From: Camelus ferus | Taxonomy: Eukaryota | Direction of reading: 5' to 3' | DNA length: 64,000 nt | NCBI RefSeq assembly: GCF_009834535.1 | Contig: NC_045696.1 | Span: forward strand, 57,848,001 to 57,912,000 | In this document: one piece after another, positions 63,101 to 64,000 of the stretch | Numbering within the stretch: position 1 is the stretch's first letter | How the letters are laid out: the number at the start of each line of letters is the position of its first letter | Made by a program: the position numbers and the translations under genes | The notes under the pieces: model-generated | The model's database searches: none | What the model saw: only the letters and a program-made list of their open reading frames with translations | What the model was told of the DNA's origin: nothing

Positions 63101-63774
63101 AATGTCCTGCTGAAATTCAGAGCTGGTTAAGAAGGAGCTAAGGCTAAAATGTAATTCTGAATTCTCAATCAGGTGCCTAAGGGTGATGGCTTAAGTTATA
63201 AATATAAGATCGACGAATAATTATCCCCTCCAGGGCATAATCCCACAAACAGAAAAGAACAAGAAAAGGAGCTTGCTAAGGAAAAATAAATAGTCACTGA
63301 GGCAGGAGACCCAAAATACTTCAACACCACAGAAGCCTAGGAAGATAATTTTAAAGATGATAACAATGCATCTGACAGGATCAAGAAGAAAAATGGCTCG
63401 AACAATCCACTGTGAGGGCTATATCTCGATACAGAAGTTGAATGGAGTAGAAGGTGACATTAAGGAATTTTTTATTCTTCAAAAGATATTAAGTAAATGA
63501 AAATGCAAACCACAGACTGAGAGAAAATACTCCAAGTACTGATGAACTACTGTATACGGAATTTCTGAAGAACACTCACAAACAGATCAGTTATTGCCTG
63601 GGGTTGGGAGTGGAGAGAGAGGGAGATTTACAGAGGGGAACAAAGAAAGCTGATTGTGGTGATGGTTTCCTGGGTGTAAACCTATGTCAAAACATATCCA
63701 ATTGTACATTCTGAATATAATGCAGTTTATTGCATGTCAGTTATACCTCAATAAAGCTCAATGAACAGCTCCAT

Positions 63775-63929
63775 GAAGAGAAGAGAAGAGGAGAGGAGAG
63801 GAGAGGAGAGGGGAGAGGAGGGGAGGGAAAGGGAGGGGAGGGAAGGGAAGGGAAGGGAAAAGAAGAGAAAAGAAGAGAAAAGAAGAGAAAAGAAGAGAAA
63901 AGAAAAGAAAAGAAAAGAAAAGAAAAGAA
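63775..63929. repeat. Compound polypurine microsatellite (GAGAG/GAGGG/GGAAG/AAGAG/AAAAG pentamers)
   Basis: ~155 nt of only A and G on the + strand, following an L1M 3' tail (aataaa at ~63750). Confidence 0.9.
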
Positions 63930-64000
63930 CTAGAAAAACTAGAAAGGAAGATCCTCCTCACACAGGAGACCTACCATGCACAAAAAGGAGGAAGTTATCA

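Noticed and set aside
63730..63961. Charged and hydrophobic low-complexity ORFs on both strands
   Set aside because: They are translations of the polypurine microsatellite.

Overview
This is mammalian genomic DNA, most likely camelid, judging by Vic-1-type tRNA-derived SINEs and camelid-style L1 tails. It covers the conserved MIX23(CCDC58)-FAM162A-WDR5B-KPNA1 cluster. Genes: MIX23 coding exon 1 (- strand) lies head-to-head with a complete 5-exon FAM162A (+ strand, 155 aa). The intronless retrogene WDR5B (- strand, 330 aa) has a CpG-island promoter carrying an NRF1-like hexamer array and a perfect 13-bp VNTR. The last four coding exons and long 3'UTR of KPNA1/importin alpha-5 (- strand) close the window. 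Repeats: a ~6.7 kb decayed near-full-length L1 fills FAM162A intron 3, alongside many L1, L2, MER and LTR relics. The most unusual signal is a chain of + strand exon-like segments with good splice sites and largely compatible phases. It runs from the WDR5B divergent promoter antisense through the KPNA1 3'UTR and introns, and is a candidate decayed protein-coding gene or spliced antisense lncRNA. Other leads are a three-ATG uORF before WDR5B, a strand-polarised RCGTG (HRE) cluster at FAM162A, and convergent CTCF-like motifs. Gene and repeat identities come from sequence recognition only; no database searches were run.
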